Shown here one piece after another: positions 36,318 to 46,503 of a stretch of 64,000 nucleotides of DNA. The stretch is from assembly GCA_028709785.1 (NCBI GenBank), contig JAQUTK010000021.1, positions 610-64,609 on the forward strand, given 5' to 3'. Positions within the stretch are counted from its first letter, which is position 1; every line of letters begins with the position of its first letter. The stretch is from Bacteroidales bacterium (GTDB lineage Bacteria; Bacteroidota; Bacteroidia; Bacteroidales; JAQUTK01). Under the pieces are notes generated by a model that was not told where the DNA came from, did not search any database, and saw only the letters and a program-made list of their open reading frames with translations. The position numbers and the translations under genes were made by a program.

Positions 36318-37235
36318 ATGAAAAAGAGGATTGCTTGTGTACTTTTATGTGTGTTGTTTACAAACGTGCTTTTTGCTCAAAAACCTCTGTGGCAAGGGAA
36401 AGGTCGTATCGTGATCAGTTCGGACGGGAATGTGCATGATGAGGATGACTGGGCTGCTTCGCCTGTGATGCTGGCTCTGCTGGCTGCAAAAGGCATGCAG
36501 GATAAACTGGCTCTTTATACGTATTGTGATCATATCTGGGAGGGGCGTTCTGATCGCGCCGGATTTAATGGATATGATGAAATGCAGGAGAGTGTGCTGA
36601 AGGGGAAGGAGCTGTTTCAGTTTTCAAAGACCCGCTTCGTCTGTGCTGTGGATAACCCGGAGAAGGCTTATGATGCGATGTGTGCCGAAATAAATAAGTC
36701 TTCAAAAAAGAATCCGCTGGTTATTATTGCGGCTGGTCCGATGCAGGTAATCGGAGAGGGGATTAGTCGTGCTAAAAAAGAAAAGCGGCAATATGTCACG
36801 CTTATCACACACGGGGTATGGAATAATGTGCATAGTGGCAAAGATAGTGAGAAGTATAAAAACCCGCACGAAGGGTGGTCATACGAGGATATAATGAAAG
36901 CTTTTTCTTCTGATGAAGGGGGACGCCTGACTTGTATCCATATTTCTGATCAGAATGGAAGAGAGAGGGATGCGAATGGGAAACAGCGGTTTGAGGGTCT
37001 GTATGTGAATAAATCACGCTTTAGCTGGCTGTTAACCTCAGAGGCTCGCAATCAGCCTCCCTATACAAAGGGTAGCTGGGAGTGGCTGCATTCCCGATTG
37101 GAACGATGTGATAAGGATCAACACAGAAACTTTGATGCTTCTGATGCCGGCATGCTTCTGTATGTGCTGACGGGGAGTGATAAGACCAGTCCGGATATGA
37201 TCAGGGAAATAATGGAGCATCCTTCCAAAAAATAG
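36318..37235 (+). CDS. Secreted hypothetical protein, possibly with a nucleoside-hydrolase-like fold
   Basis: Signal peptide MKKRIACVLLCVLFTNVLFAQ. Asp-rich N-terminal motif RIVISSDGNVHDEDDWA. The assignment is tentative. Confidence 0.5.
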   Translation: MKKRIACVLLCVLFTNVLFAQKPLWQGKGRIVISSDGNVHDEDDWAASPVMLALLAAKGMQDKLALYTYCDHIWEGRSDRAGFNGYDEMQESVLKGKELFQFSKTRFVCAVDNPEKAYDAMCAEINKSSKKNPLVIIAAGPMQVIGEGISRAKKEKRQYVTLITHGVWNNVHSGKDSEKYKNPHEGWSYEDIMKAFSSDEGGRLTCIHISDQNGRERDANGKQRFEGLYVNKSRFSWLLTSEARNQPPYTKGSWEWLHSRLERCDKDQHRNFDASDAGMLLYVLTGSDKTSPDMIREIMEHPSKK

Positions 37236-37305
37236 GAAGGGTATCAAACATAATAAATACAAATAAATTGCGTTATTTCTTTATAAACTAACATGATTGA
37301 GCTCC

Positions 37306-38457
37306 ATGAAGAAGCACGCACTCCTTTTCCTTGGTTTACTACTTGCTTTCGCTGTTCAGGCGATCGACTTTAAGGTGGATCAGTTGAAGTACACCACGAA
37401 TGCCGACGGACTTACGGCATCTGTTGACAGTCAGGAATGTAATCTTTCCGGAGCGATCGTCATTCCGGCAAAAGTGATGTATAACGGCCAAAGCTATGCT
37501 GTTACATCGATTGGCGACGGTGCTTTTCGGGGATGTAACGAAATGACTTCCATAGAGATCTCTGAAGGGGTGCGATATGTTGGTATGGGGGCTTTTATTC
37601 ATTGTGCTTCGCTTGCTTCGGTGAAGATTCCGATGAGTGTGGATTCGATAGGAGCGGGGGCGTTCTGTTTCTGCTCGTCACTGGCTCATTTTGATGTGGA
37701 TAAGGATCATCCGTTCTTTACTGTGTCTGATGGTATCTTACTTTCCAAAAACAAAAGGACTATCATCGCCTATCCGGCGGCACAAGCAAAGAACCACTAC
37801 CTGATTCCTGTAGGGATTGCTACGATCGAAGAGAACGCTTTTGCGGGTTGTTCGACGCTTCACTATCTGACTATTCCACCGGGTGTCATAGCGATCAATA
37901 AGTGTGCTTTCCTGGGTTGCAGCGGTTTGGATTCCATTTCCATCTCTGCCAGTGTGGATTCGATTGGTGAGAGGGCTTTCTGGGGTTGCAAAAATCTGAC
38001 TTCACTCCTCATTCCGGAAGGTGTGCATACCATTGGACGATCTGCTTTTGAAGGGTGTGAGAATCTGGTTTCTGTTTTCATTCCGGGAAGTGTGATTTCT
38101 ATTGGAGGGAAGGCTTTTGGACGCTGTCAAAAGCTGAAGGAGATACATATCGATGCTTCGACACCGCCTGCCGGCGACGGCGATCCGTTTGATTCAATCA
38201 ACAAAACAACTTGCACCCTCTATGTGCCTGCTTTCTCAAAGGGTGACTATGCTGCGTCTGAATACTGGAAAGAGTTTCTGATTGTGGAGGAAGAGGTGCC
38301 GTTTATGACTGTGGTATGGGTGCTGGGTGTGATCGCCTTGCTCCTGGGAATGATCTTTGTGCTTTCGCGCCGGTTTAAGATCGGTGTGTTGCGCAGCAGT
38401 CCGTGCAAGTGCGGTAAGATGAAGGATGAAGAGAGTACGAATTGCATAAACCATTAA
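37306..38457 (+). CDS. BspA-type LRR_5 protein with a signal peptide and a C-terminal transmembrane anchor
   Basis: MKKHALLFLGLLLAFAVQA. Repeated IPxxVxSIGxxAFxxCxxL units. C-terminal TM VVWVLGVIALLLGMIFVL. Confidence 0.85.
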   Translation: MKKHALLFLGLLLAFAVQAIDFKVDQLKYTTNADGLTASVDSQECNLSGAIVIPAKVMYNGQSYAVTSIGDGAFRGCNEMTSIEISEGVRYVGMGAFIHCASLASVKIPMSVDSIGAGAFCFCSSLAHFDVDKDHPFFTVSDGILLSKNKRTIIAYPAAQAKNHYLIPVGIATIEENAFAGCSTLHYLTIPPGVIAINKCAFLGCSGLDSISISASVDSIGERAFWGCKNLTSLLIPEGVHTIGRSAFEGCENLVSVFIPGSVISIGGKAFGRCQKLKEIHIDASTPPAGDGDPFDSINKTTCTLYVPAFSKGDYAASEYWKEFLIVEEEVPFMTVVWVLGVIALLLGMIFVLSRRFKIGVLRSSPCKCGKMKDEESTNCINH

Positions 38458-39302
38458 AAAAGATGAGAGATACTACGAAAAGCTATCCAACCATTGCGCA
38501 AGGCTTTGGACTTGTTGGATTATTGACCCTGTTAATGATTACACAATTACCCATATTGACATTATCGGGTAAGGTGCTCAATGATCAGCTTGCCAAGCTG
38601 ATTTATTACGTGATAATAACAGCTACTAGTCTTTTTATTGCCTGTGTATATAAGAAAGTAACTGAAGGTAAGAGCCCTTCTTTTAACCTGCATATCAGCA
38701 ATTGGCAGATACTTCCTTTTGCCATCATTGGAGTACTGGCGATCACAAACGGTATTTCTATGCCTATCATGGACCAGATTCCTATGCCGGAACTTATAAA
38801 AAAGCTGGTTTCTAAAATGAGTATGAATGTGAATGTATTTACTTTCTTTACGATTGTTATTGCGGCTCCTCTTTTGGAAGAGGCTTTATTCAGAGGTGTC
38901 ATACTGGATGGGTTCTTGAAAAAATATTCTCCTCAACGATCCATCGTGATTTCGAGTGTGCTATTTGGTATCGTTCATCTGAATCCGTGGCAGTTTATAA
39001 ACGCTTTTTTGCTCGGACTTTTTATGGGATGGGTTTATTACAAAACCCGGAGTCTGTTGCCTACCATCCTGATGCATGCGGCTAATAATTTGTTTGGATT
39101 CATCGGCATGAAAATGTCAGATTCTTCTGACTATAATAAAACATTATATGACTACTATGGAGGTTGGGCAAATTATATAATTGCAACAGTAGGGGCAATT
39201 CTTATTTTGTATCTATGCATTATCTTTTTGAAGAATATCTTTGCGAAAGAAGAAATGAAAATGAAGACAGCTCTTGATGATCATTCAGACCCGGAAGTTT
39301 GA
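38442..39302 (+). CDS. CPBP family intramembrane glutamic endopeptidase (CAAX protease-like)
   Basis: EEALFRG, FGIVHLN and HAANN motifs. The start could instead be the Met at 38463. Confidence 0.85.
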   Translation: MHKPLKKMRDTTKSYPTIAQGFGLVGLLTLLMITQLPILTLSGKVLNDQLAKLIYYVIITATSLFIACVYKKVTEGKSPSFNLHISNWQILPFAIIGVLAITNGISMPIMDQIPMPELIKKLVSKMSMNVNVFTFFTIVIAAPLLEEALFRGVILDGFLKKYSPQRSIVISSVLFGIVHLNPWQFINAFLLGLFMGWVYYKTRSLLPTILMHAANNLFGFIGMKMSDSSDYNKTLYDYYGGWANYIIATVGAILILYLCIIFLKNIFAKEEMKMKTALDDHSDPEV

Positions 39303-39493
39303 TCTGCTCATCAATACCACAGCCGGCTTCAAAGTTTAACTCTTCAATTGATGCCGGTTCAACTCCCTTTGATTTTTCTCTACCCTCATCTTATCGACTG
39401 GTTCCGATTGCTCCGGATTATCCAGAGGAGTGATCATACTGCTACAGGGGGTGAAAATAGTATACTTTCTTTTTAGAAAAGGAGTGTTTATGT

Positions 39494-39524
39494 GAACATA
39501 TGTTCGAAATAATACATATCTTTG
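39494..39524 (+). promoter_or_regulatory. Operator-promoter cassette A: palindrome GAACATATGTTC, GAAATAA, and -7 box TATCTTTG
   Basis: Perfect 12-bp palindrome at 39494-39505. TAnnTTTG box at 39517-39524. Lies 31 nt upstream of the DUF89 ATG. Confidence 0.75.
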
Positions 39525-39554
39525 TGCGCTTCTATACTCATTAAACCTGTTATT

Positions 39555-40409
39555 ATGATATCTGATTATCGTTGTTTTTACTGCTTTGTAAAGGCATTTG
39601 AGAAGGTCCTTGAAAGAGAGAACTTCGGAACAAAGTTGAAGCTTGAGTTTACAAAAAATCTAGCTAATCTTTATGTAACACAGAATGATCCTTTTTCAGC
39701 ACCTGCCTTTTCGAGATCTTTGCATAACTTGTTAAAGCAATACACAAATGATCGGGATTCCTATACTTCCGTAAAAAAAGAGAGTAATGACATCGCTTTA
39801 AAATTGTATCCAGAGATGAAAGAGCGAATAGTGCAGGCAGAAAATCCTTTTGATGTAGCTATAAGATTGGCTATTGCAGGAAACATTATGGATGCTGCGA
39901 TCTATGATCGTTTTGATGTAAAAAGTACCATAGATAAAACGTTGAGTTCTGCTTTTGCTATTGACCATTCCGATTACTTAAATAAGGATCTTTTGAAAGC
40001 GAAAAAAGTGCTTTATATAGGCGATAATGCCGGTGAAATCGTATTTGACAAACTCTTTATCGAAACGATAAGGCACCCTGATATAAAGTTTTCTGTTCGT
40101 GGAAAACCGGTAATTAACGACGCGACAATGGAAGATGCGGAATATATAGGGATGAGGAATGTTGCTGATGTCATTTCTAATGGTAGTGATGCTCCGTCGA
40201 CTATTCTTGATCATTGTTCAGATGAGTTTTGTGCAGTTTTTGATGAAGCGGATCTCATTATATCCAAAGGTCAAGGAAATCTTGAAGGCCTTATAAATAA
40301 TAAGAATAAAAACATCTACTTTTTGTTGATGGTCAAGTGTGATGTGATTGCCGATGCTTTAAATGTAAAAAAAGGCGATTTTGTTGTTATGAATAATCGG
40401 ATGATTTAA
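39555..40409 (+). CDS. DUF89 (ARMT1-like damage-control phosphatase) family protein
   Basis: CFYCF N-terminus, YIGDNAGEIVFDKLFIE and SKGQGNLEGL motifs typical of DUF89. Confidence 0.75.
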   Translation: MISDYRCFYCFVKAFEKVLERENFGTKLKLEFTKNLANLYVTQNDPFSAPAFSRSLHNLLKQYTNDRDSYTSVKKESNDIALKLYPEMKERIVQAENPFDVAIRLAIAGNIMDAAIYDRFDVKSTIDKTLSSAFAIDHSDYLNKDLLKAKKVLYIGDNAGEIVFDKLFIETIRHPDIKFSVRGKPVINDATMEDAEYIGMRNVADVISNGSDAPSTILDHCSDEFCAVFDEADLIISKGQGNLEGLINNKNKNIYFLLMVKCDVIADALNVKKGDFVVMNNRMI

Positions 40410-40440
40410 ATCTGTTTCTTATTTTAATAGTTGATATGTT

Positions 40441-41376
40441 ATGATTAGTTTTGGACCCGTTCCTTCAAGAAGATTAGGGAAAAGCCTTGGTATCAATAAT
40501 ATCCCTTCCGGGAAAGTGTGTTCTTATTCATGTGTGTATTGCCAGGTAGGGCTAACAAAAGATTACAGAACAAAACAGACCGAACTTTACAAACCAAACG
40601 AAATCTTTGTTGCTGTAAAAAAACATTTGAGTTTACTCAAAGAGAAAGATATGCCAGATTATCTGACATTCGTATCAAATGGTGAACCTACATTAGATCT
40701 TTATCTTGGTGATACTATTGAGAAATTGAAAGTATTGGGCATACCTATTGCAGTAATAACCAATGCTTCTTTATTATTTAATTCAAACGTACAAGATGCA
40801 CTTTGTCTGGCTGATTGGGTTTCGGTAAAAGTAGATTCAAACGATGCTACAATTTGGGAATTAATAAACAGACCGGATAAAAGTCTCGATTTTGAACGAT
40901 ATCGTGAGTCTGTCATTGATTTCTCGGCGAAATATACAGGTAAGCTGATGACAGAAACAATGTTGGTGAGTGGGATAAATGATTCACGGAATGTTGTTCA
41001 ACAGACAGCTGAATTACTTTACCAGATACAGCCAGATACAGCTTATTTGTCCATCCCGATACGGCCGCCTGCTCTCTCTACTATTAAGATTCCTTCGGAA
41101 ACTGCCATGATAGAAGCTCATCAGATCTTATCAGAGAAGAATCTTCAGGTTGAATTTTTACTTGGTTTTGAAGGAACGAATACGGGCTATACAGGTAGTA
41201 TTCTTGATGATATTGTTGATATATGCACAGTTCACCCTCTGCGAGAAGATACGATGATGGAGCTTTTAAAAAAAGACAATGCTACACCAGAGATATTAAC
41301 TTCATTGATAGAACAAAAGTACATAAAAGCTGTAAGTTATAACTCCAATACATATTACATAAGATGCTTCTTTTGA
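40441..41376 (+). CDS. Radical SAM protein
   Basis: CxxxCxxC motif CSYSCVYCQ near the N-terminus; about 310 aa. Confidence 0.8.
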   Translation: MISFGPVPSRRLGKSLGINNIPSGKVCSYSCVYCQVGLTKDYRTKQTELYKPNEIFVAVKKHLSLLKEKDMPDYLTFVSNGEPTLDLYLGDTIEKLKVLGIPIAVITNASLLFNSNVQDALCLADWVSVKVDSNDATIWELINRPDKSLDFERYRESVIDFSAKYTGKLMTETMLVSGINDSRNVVQQTAELLYQIQPDTAYLSIPIRPPALSTIKIPSETAMIEAHQILSEKNLQVEFLLGFEGTNTGYTGSILDDIVDICTVHPLREDTMMELLKKDNATPEILTSLIEQKYIKAVSYNSNTYYIRCFF

Positions 41377-41421
41377 GAAATAAGATAATCAAAGAATTTT
41401 GTGTAATAATAAGGCGAAAAT

Positions 41422-41453
41422 GAACTTATGTTTGAAATAAAAAGATATCTTTG
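41422..41453 (+). promoter_or_regulatory. Operator-promoter cassette B: GAACTTATGTTT, GAAATAA, and TATCTTTG
   Basis: Palindrome variant at 41422-41433. -7 box at 41446-41453. Confidence 0.7.
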
Positions 41454-41604
41454 TGGATGAAGTGGTTTCTGCCAATTAATTATTTCGGATGTTTTATTTA
41501 AGATAGGAGGTTTAATTATGGGATGTGACACAGGGCTTAAGCCCAGAAAAGCTGTAGTGATAACTGAAAATGTAACTAACAATCAAAAACAGGAGGAAGT
41601 AAGT

Positions 41605-42219
41605 ATGAGTTCAACAATGGTAAGACGCGAAATGCCTAAATTTTCAATGGATGCTTTTGATGCAAAGAGTGGTCATTTTACCAAAGTGTCAAGTGATGAT
41701 TATAAAGGAAAGTGGACGGTAATCTGCTTTTATCCGGCAGACTTTACATTTGTATGCCCTACTGAAATAGCTGCTATGAATGCTAAGTATGATGAGTTTC
41801 AGAGATTAGGAGTGGAAATACTGGCTGTTTCAGTTGATTCTAAATTTTCTCACAAGCGATTTGCTGAAACAGAACCAATTCTGAAAGGTTTGAAGTTGAT
41901 GATGGGTGCCGATTCTAATCAGGAAGTGAGTCGTGCCTTTGGTGTGCTTGTTGAGGAAGAAGGCGTTGCTCTGAGAGGACGGTTTCTGTTTAACCCGGAT
42001 GGCCTTTGTGTGGCTCAGGAAGTACAGGCAGATTCAGTAGGAAGAAATGTGAATGAATTCTTGAGACAAATTGAAGCATGGCAGCATGCTACAAAAACAG
42101 GTGAAGTGTGTCCGGCTGGATGGAGACCCGGAAAGAAAACATTGCCGGTTCATACGGATGCGGAAAAAATGGCCGGTCATGTAGGCGATTATATTACGCT
42201 GGAAGAGATCCTGAGTTGA
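41605..42219 (+). CDS. Peroxiredoxin (AhpC/Prx1, typical 2-Cys)
   Basis: Peroxidatic Cys in DFTFVCPTEI and resolving Cys in GEVCPAGW. The start is taken at MSSTMV after AGGAGG. Confidence 0.85.
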   Translation: MSSTMVRREMPKFSMDAFDAKSGHFTKVSSDDYKGKWTVICFYPADFTFVCPTEIAAMNAKYDEFQRLGVEILAVSVDSKFSHKRFAETEPILKGLKLMMGADSNQEVSRAFGVLVEEEGVALRGRFLFNPDGLCVAQEVQADSVGRNVNEFLRQIEAWQHATKTGEVCPAGWRPGKKTLPVHTDAEKMAGHVGDYITLEEILS

Positions 42220-42311
42220 TGCCAAACAGCAGGATGTTGAAAACAAGGATTGTCTTTTAGTATGTTTTCTTATTAACACGGATTATTTACTGTTTAAAAA
42301 TGGAGGTTATT

Positions 42312-42545
42312 ATGCCTAGATTTAATGGACAAGGTCCTCGCGGAGAGGGCTCAATGACTGGTAGAAAGATGGGGCGTTGCAATTCTGCCGTCCGTCAAAA
42401 CTCGGATGAGAAATCAAATAACAATGATGTAGCATCTTTACCTCAAAATGGAGTTACGATTTCTAATCAGGGTAGAGGATTAGGATTAGGATTAGGAATG
42501 AGAATGGGTGGCCGTGGCCGAGGTCGTGGTGGATTGAATCATTGA
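42312..42545 (+). CDS. DUF5320-like Gly/Arg-rich small protein
   Basis: MPRFNGQGPRGEGSMTGRKMGRC N-terminus and GRGRGRGG tail. Same N-terminal pattern as 47525-47713. Confidence 0.65.
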   Translation: MPRFNGQGPRGEGSMTGRKMGRCNSAVRQNSDEKSNNNDVASLPQNGVTISNQGRGLGLGLGMRMGGRGRGRGGLNH

Positions 42546-42567
42546 AGATTCGCCCAATACATAAATG

Positions 42568-42607
42568 GATACCATGCTAATCTTAATGGCATGGTATCTG
42601 TTATTTT
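42568..42607 (+). terminator. Rho-independent terminator after the DUF5320-like gene
   Basis: GATACCATGC / GCATGGTATC stem, followed by TGTTATTTT. Confidence 0.6.
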
Positions 42608-42635
42608 CTATTACTTATATATTAATGCTTGAATA

Positions 42636-43376
42636 ATGGATAATGGGATTATACTAGTTTTAATTGCTCTTTTTGCAGGTAGTGTGGGTAGTGTTTTACT
42701 TGCCGGATTATTATTGCTCCTGAATGATAAGAGACTTCAGCAAATATCAACCTATCTGGCTTATCTTGCCGGAGGTACTTTGTTGGGTGCAACTTTTTTG
42801 GGTATGATACCTAAAGCAACTTCAATGCTCAGTTCGGATATCGTTCTTGAAATAACTCTTGCAGGCATTTTGTTCTTCTTTATTTTGGAAAAAATTATTC
42901 TTTGGCGTACTTGCCGTAATAAAGAGTGCGAACGTCATCTGCAGACTGCTATACCTATGATATTAATAGGTGATGCTTTTCACAATGCGATTGATGGAAT
43001 CGTTATCGCAGCTTCTTTTCTTACATCTACTGAGATGGGCGTTTTTGTAACTCTTTCTGTCATCTTTCATGAGATACCTCAGGAACTTGGTGATTTTGGG
43101 ATTTTACTTAAAGGTGGTATGTTACGTAGTAAAGCTTTGCTTTATAATGCTCTGTCCGGGAGCACCGCTATTATTATGGGCGTTATTGCCTATTATTATT
43201 TGAATACCGCACAATCGATAATTCCTTATGCGCTTGCTTTTTCTGCGTCCAGCTTTCTTTATATTGCTTTGGCTGACTTAATTCCTGAGATGCATAAGAA
43301 AACAAAATTTAAAGAATCAGCTATTCAGATTCTCATTGTTTCTCTCGGAATTCTTCTTGTTTATCTTATCAATTAA
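42636..43376 (+). CDS. ZIP family divalent metal transporter (ZupT-like)
   Basis: HNAIDG and HEIPQELGDFGIL motifs; multi-TM profile. Confidence 0.85.
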   Translation: MDNGIILVLIALFAGSVGSVLLAGLLLLLNDKRLQQISTYLAYLAGGTLLGATFLGMIPKATSMLSSDIVLEITLAGILFFFILEKIILWRTCRNKECERHLQTAIPMILIGDAFHNAIDGIVIAASFLTSTEMGVFVTLSVIFHEIPQELGDFGILLKGGMLRSKALLYNALSGSTAIIMGVIAYYYLNTAQSIIPYALAFSASSFLYIALADLIPEMHKKTKFKESAIQILIVSLGILLVYLIN

Positions 43377-43446
43377 ATTTGATATTTATAGAATTTAATA
43401 CACATCCACAAATAGATATAGGAAATATTCAAAAAAAACATTAGTC

Positions 43447-43477
43447 GAACATATGTTCAGAATAATCGTTATCTTTG
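43447..43477 (+). promoter_or_regulatory. Operator-promoter cassette C: GAACATATGTTC, AGAATAA, and TATCTTTG
   Basis: Perfect palindrome at 43447-43458. -7 box at 43470-43477. Confidence 0.75.
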
Positions 43478-43505
43478 TGACTTGAATTATTCATTTCAGA
43501 TTAGG

Positions 43506-44336
43506 ATGAAAATAGTTGTATTATCAGATAATAGACGTATAGATGACTCTCTGGAGATAGAGCATGGCTTGTGTATTTATCTGGAGAATGACCATGCAAA
43601 ATGCCTCCTTGATACCGGAGCATCGGATCTGTTTGTTAGAAATGCGGCAAAACTGAACGTTGATCTGGCAGCTGTCGATTATGTTTTTTTGTCGCATGGA
43701 CATGCAGATCATACAGGCGGTTTACCGGCATTCTTAAACGTCAATCAGAAAGCAAAAATTTTTCTTTCAAGAAATGTGGTTACTCAAGAGTTTTTTTCTA
43801 CCCGAAACAAGATTCATCAGATCAGTACAGACTTTGATCTGACTCCTTATTCCGAGAGAGTCATTTTTGTTGATGAACCTATGAGAATTAAGGATGATAT
43901 TCTTGTCTTCTCTGCCCTGAAAAGCGATTATCAGAAGCCAAAAGGGAATAGTACTTTGTATAAGGATGCGGGGCATGGAATGGTTCCGGATGATTTTAAT
44001 CACGAGATAGTTGTCTGTTTTGGTGTAGATAAATTACTTGTTTATACGGGCTGTGCTCACAAGGGTCTGTTAAATATCCTGGATTCGATTGTTTTAAAAC
44101 CTTCACAGCAAATAGAGACTGTGATTGGAGGTTTTCATCTGCTGGATAGTGTTCCTTTGCAGCCATTTGAAACAAAGGAAGATATTGATTTTATTGCACA
44201 GGAATTGAAGAAGAACTATTCGCACACTCGTTTTATAACAGGCCATTGTACAGGTGATAACGTGTTTCGACAATTAAAAGTAGAGCTGGGTGATCAATTG
44301 AGTAATTTCCATGCCGGTTATACATCATTATTTTAG
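43506..44336 (+). CDS. MBL-fold metallo-hydrolase
   Basis: HGHADHTGG motif. The start is taken at MKIVVLSDN. Confidence 0.8.
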   Translation: MKIVVLSDNRRIDDSLEIEHGLCIYLENDHAKCLLDTGASDLFVRNAAKLNVDLAAVDYVFLSHGHADHTGGLPAFLNVNQKAKIFLSRNVVTQEFFSTRNKIHQISTDFDLTPYSERVIFVDEPMRIKDDILVFSALKSDYQKPKGNSTLYKDAGHGMVPDDFNHEIVVCFGVDKLLVYTGCAHKGLLNILDSIVLKPSQQIETVIGGFHLLDSVPLQPFETKEDIDFIAQELKKNYSHTRFITGHCTGDNVFRQLKVELGDQLSNFHAGYTSLF

Positions 44337-44385
44337 TTGTTGATTAATGGAAAGCAAATCAATGTAATCATATTGTAGCATTCAT

Positions 44386-44829
44386 ATGGAGAAAATTAAA
44401 TTGGGTATTATTATTTGCGACAGGTATCGTACTTGTGCTGGAGGAAAATGTCTCAGAGCTTTAAAAAACAGGGAAGGAGCTTTTGCTGTTTATAAAGATC
44501 AGGAGGTAGAATTAGCCGCATATACAACGTGTGGTGGATGTCCTGGTGGGAATATAGAATATGCACCGGAAGAAATGGTTAAAAATGGTGTTACCCACGT
44601 TCATTTTGCTACCGGATTTTTAGTGGGTTATCCACCGTGTCCGTATATGGATTATTTTGAGAAGTTTATTACGGAAAAATATGGGCTGAAAGTCATCTTT
44701 GGCACTCATCCTATTCCTCAGAAATATTATCTCCAACATGTAGCTTTAAAAACATGGAACTCTAAGTTCTTGATAAAAGCGACTGAGAACACTATTTGTA
44801 ATGAAAATATACGTTTAAATTATGATTGA
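44386..44829 (+). CDS. CGGC domain protein
   Basis: TTCGGCPG motif plus additional conserved Cys (CDRYRTCAGGKC). Confidence 0.7.
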   Translation: MEKIKLGIIICDRYRTCAGGKCLRALKNREGAFAVYKDQEVELAAYTTCGGCPGGNIEYAPEEMVKNGVTHVHFATGFLVGYPPCPYMDYFEKFITEKYGLKVIFGTHPIPQKYYLQHVALKTWNSKFLIKATENTICNENIRLNYD

Positions 44830-45235
44830 ATACAATTATCAGTTCAGAGTATTATATCCCGATACCGATCGTATGGGAACGATGCATCATGCCAATTATG
44901 CAAAATATTATGAGGCAGCACGTTGGGAATTGCTGCGAAGTATTGGTGTGCCTTATAGCTCAATCGAAAAGGAGGGAGTAATGTGCCCGGTGATCCAAAT
45001 GAAGTTTAAGTTTGTCAAGACAACCGGTTATGATCAATTGCTGACTGTAAAAACGACCTTGAAAGAGATTAAAGGAGTTCGTATGTGGTTTACGTATGAT
45101 TTATATAATGAGCAACATGAATTAATCAATACCGCTGAAACTGAGTTGGCTTTTGTCGGATTAAATACATGGAAGCCTTGTAAAGCTCCGGAGGCTTTGC
45201 TAAAAGCGATTGAAAAATATGCTGTGACGAAGTAA
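44822..45235 (+). CDS. Acyl-CoA thioesterase (4HBT/YbgC hotdog family)
   Basis: YPDTDRMGTMHHANYAKYYE motif; about 137 aa. Confidence 0.8.
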   Translation: MIEYNYQFRVLYPDTDRMGTMHHANYAKYYEAARWELLRSIGVPYSSIEKEGVMCPVIQMKFKFVKTTGYDQLLTVKTTLKEIKGVRMWFTYDLYNEQHELINTAETELAFVGLNTWKPCKAPEALLKAIEKYAVTK

Positions 45236-45311
45236 GCTGTCGTGTTCTTTCTGCCTGTTTGAACAAATAGTAAGAGGGATAAGAAAAATAATTTAGAAAC
45301 ATGATTATAAT

Positions 45312-45333
45312 GAACAAATGTTCATTATATTTG
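45312..45333 (+). promoter_or_regulatory. Operator-promoter cassette D: GAACAAATGTTC directly abutting TATATTTG
   Basis: Palindrome variant at 45312-45323. -7 box at 45326-45333. A half-site, TGAACAAAT, also occurs at 45260-45268. Confidence 0.6.
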
Positions 45334-45367
45334 CATCGGATTAGATGAATCGTGTAAATTTTGAGCG

Positions 45368-46492
45368 ATGGAATTATTTAATGTGTATCCACTGTTTGAG
45401 GTAAATATTGTCAAAGGGAAAGGTTGTCGAGTGTGGGATGATAAAGGAACTGAGTATCTTGATCTGTATGGTGGTCATGCTGTCATTTCAATTGGACATT
45501 CGCATCCTCATTATGTAGAGATGCTAACCAGACAGCTTCATAAGCTTGGATTTTATTCTAATTCGGTTATCAATAAAATGCAACAAGAGTTTGCAGATAA
45601 ACTGGGAGCTATTTCAGATTACGATGATTATAATCTATTTCTGGTTAATTCGGGAGCTGAAGCCAATGAGAATGCATTAAAACTAGCCTCGTTTTATAAT
45701 AACCGCAAAAGAGTGATTGCTTTTTCAAAGTCATTTCATGGACGTACTTCTGCTGCTGCGCGCGTTACCGACAATCCGATGTATACTGCTCCGTTTAGTG
45801 AAGGCTTAGACGTTACCTTTCTTACACTAAATGATGTTGATGCTGTACATGCCGAACTTTCAAAAGGGGATGTCTGCGCGGTAATCATTGAGGGCATTCA
45901 GGGTGTAGGTGGCATTCAACTGCCAACTATAGAATTCTTTCGGCAATTACGTAATGCTTGTAACCAAAATGATACGGTTCTTATTCTCGATGAAGTGCAA
46001 TCGGGTTATGGACGAAGTGGTCGATTCTTTGCTCACCAATATTCAGGAATACGTCCTGACATCATTACGATGGCGAAAGGAATCGGTAATGGATTTCCAA
46101 TGAGTGGTCTGTTGATAAATTCGATGTTTGAAGCTGTACACGGTCAATTGGGCACCACTTTTGGTGGTAATCATTTGGCTTGCGCAGCAGCCATTGCTGT
46201 ATTGGATGTAATAAAAGAAGAAGCATTGATGGAAAATGCAGCGCAAGTAGGTGCTTATCTGAAGGCTGAAATTGCCGCAATTCCTAAAATTAAAGAAGTG
46301 CGTGGACGTGGGATGATGATCGGCATTGAACTGGATCAACCGGTAAAGGAGATCCGGACAAAGCTTTTATATAAGGAGAAGGTATTTACCGGAGTGAGTG
46401 GTACTCATGTAATCCGCTTGTTGCCACCACTTTGTTTGTCAATGGACGAAGCTGATATATTTCTGGATCGTTTCAAGAGAGTATTTAATTAA
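45368..46492 (+). CDS. Class III pyridoxal-phosphate aminotransferase (acetylornithine/ArgD-like)
   Basis: GGHAVISIGHSHP, DEVQSGYGRSGRFFA, and the PLP-lysine context MAKGIGNGFP. Confidence 0.85.
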   Translation: MELFNVYPLFEVNIVKGKGCRVWDDKGTEYLDLYGGHAVISIGHSHPHYVEMLTRQLHKLGFYSNSVINKMQQEFADKLGAISDYDDYNLFLVNSGAEANENALKLASFYNNRKRVIAFSKSFHGRTSAAARVTDNPMYTAPFSEGLDVTFLTLNDVDAVHAELSKGDVCAVIIEGIQGVGGIQLPTIEFFRQLRNACNQNDTVLILDEVQSGYGRSGRFFAHQYSGIRPDIITMAKGIGNGFPMSGLLINSMFEAVHGQLGTTFGGNHLACAAAIAVLDVIKEEALMENAAQVGAYLKAEIAAIPKIKEVRGRGMMIGIELDQPVKEIRTKLLYKEKVFTGVSGTHVIRLLPPLCLSMDEADIFLDRFKRVFN

Positions 46493-46503
46493 ATAGTTGC
46501 TAC

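Noticed and set aside
42477-42497. Hexanucleotide tandem repeat (GGATTA)x3 plus GGA
   Set aside because: It lies inside the DUF5320-like gene and simply encodes the GLGLGLG part of its Gly-rich tail. It is in-frame coding low complexity, not an independent repeat element.
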